Shown piece after piece: positions 63,150-64,000 of a stretch of 64,000 bases of DNA. Position 1 is the stretch's first letter, and the number at the start of each line of letters is the position of its first letter. Location of the stretch: NCBI GenBank assembly GCA_965213925.1, contig OZ243927.1, positions 2,400,001-2,464,000 of the forward strand. Direction: 5' to 3'. Made by a program: the position numbers and the translations under genes. Below the pieces are notes generated by a model. The model was given only the letters and a program-made list of their open reading frames with translations. It made no database searches and was not told the DNA's origin. The stretch is from Trueperaceae bacterium. GTDB lineage: Bacteria; Deinococcota; Deinococci; Deinococcales; Trueperaceae.

Positions 63150-64000
63150 CTACCCCTTCCGTGGGTCCAAAGCGTCCCTAAGGCCGTCACCCAGCAGGTT
63201 AAAAGCGAGCACGGTCAGAAAGATGGCCACGCCTGGCGCGACCGAGAGGTGGCGCGCCGTCGTGAGATACGTTCTGCCTTCGTTGATCATAGCGCCCCAC
63301 TCCGCTATAGGCGGTTGCGCGCCGAGCCCTAAAAAACTCAGCGTGGCCGCGGTCAAGATCGAGGTAGCGAGGCGCAACGAACCGTAGATGATGAGCGGGG
63401 AGAGGATGTTTGGGAGCACCGCCCAGGCTAGGATGCGCACGTCGCCTGCGCCGAGCGACCGCGCCGCGGTGACGTAGTCGCGCCCCCGCACCGACATGGC
63501 GGAGCCGCGGGTGATGCGCGCGAAGGTCGGGACCGAGAAGATGGCGACCGCCAAGATGACGTTGCCGAGCCCGGTGCCGATGGCAGCTACGATTGCAATC
63601 GCTAGCAGGATGCCCGGAAAGGCGATAAGCACATCCACGCAGCCCATGATCGGGCGGTCCAGCCTGGGGAAGTAGCCCGCGAGCAAGCCGAGCACTGTGC
63701 CGACGGCGAGCCCCAACAACACCGAACTCAGCCCGACGAAGAGCGAAATCCGCGACCCGAAGAGCACCCGGCTCCAGATGTCGCGGCCGAACTGATCGGT
63801 GCCGAGAGGATGTCCGGGGGTGCCGGGCGGCGCGAGCACCGCGCCGTAGTCCTGGAAGTAGGGGTCGGCTGGGGCGAGCCAGGGAGCGAAGGCGGCGCAG
63901 ACGAGGATGCCAAAGGTGAGCAAACCGCCCATCAGGAAGTGCGGGCTCCGCAACAGGCTCCTTAGAACAGGCGAGGTGACCCGCTTGAGAACAGCCGAGG
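63150..64000 (-). CDS. Peptide ABC transporter permease (OppC/DppC type); start probably outside the window
   Basis: HPLGTDQFGRD, EAA-like YVTAARSLGA, NLLGDGLRD. Confidence 0.9.
   Translation of the reverse strand, partial: SAVLKRVTSPVLRSLLRSPHFLMGGLLTFGILVCAAFAPWLAPADPYFQDYGAVLAPPGTPGHPLGTDQFGRDIWSRVLFGSRISLFVGLSSVLLGLAVGTVLGLLAGYFPRLDRPIMGCVDVLIAFPGILLAIAIVAAIGTGLGNVILAVAIFSVPTFARITRGSAMSVRGRDYVTAARSLGAGDVRILAWAVLPNILSPLIIYGSLRLATSILTAATLSFLGLGAQPPIAEWGAMINEGRTYLTTARHLSVAPGVAIFLTVLAFNLLGDGLRDALDPRKG

Overview
64 kb of a GC-rich bacterial chromosome, most likely Deinococcus-Thermus (Truepera-like). This is inferred from the ClpC form, glyQ/glyS, uvsE and the pyrR leader architecture. The left end holds pyrR with a PyrR attenuator and leader peptide, then a low-GC, decaying defence-like island. 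The island carries a 4-TM protein with an orphan DndC-like PP-loop/Fe-S enzyme, an MNT-HEPN pair with a frameshifted toxin, and a translationally coupled PD-(D/E)xK nuclease plus UPRTase-like gene pair. The nuclease is cut into three pieces by two different MITEs, each with a CTAT duplication. The PRTase is split by a 27.75 kb block bounded by two direct IS982 copies, with a TGAGTA duplication on the outer flanks; its C-terminus resumes in frame at 32675. The displaced block carries an ECF sigma/anti-sigma locus with three candidate cognate promoters and beta-propeller proteins, lipid metabolism genes, kptA and others. To the right lie uvsE, a tRNA Asp-Phe-Thr operon, clpC, glyQS, tdk, a diguanylate cyclase, a decayed FMO/dehalogenase cluster fused head-to-head, and a general-stress/desiccation cluster (YsnF/AvaK, DUF892-BON). 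Several single-base frameshifts may be real decay or sequencing indels.
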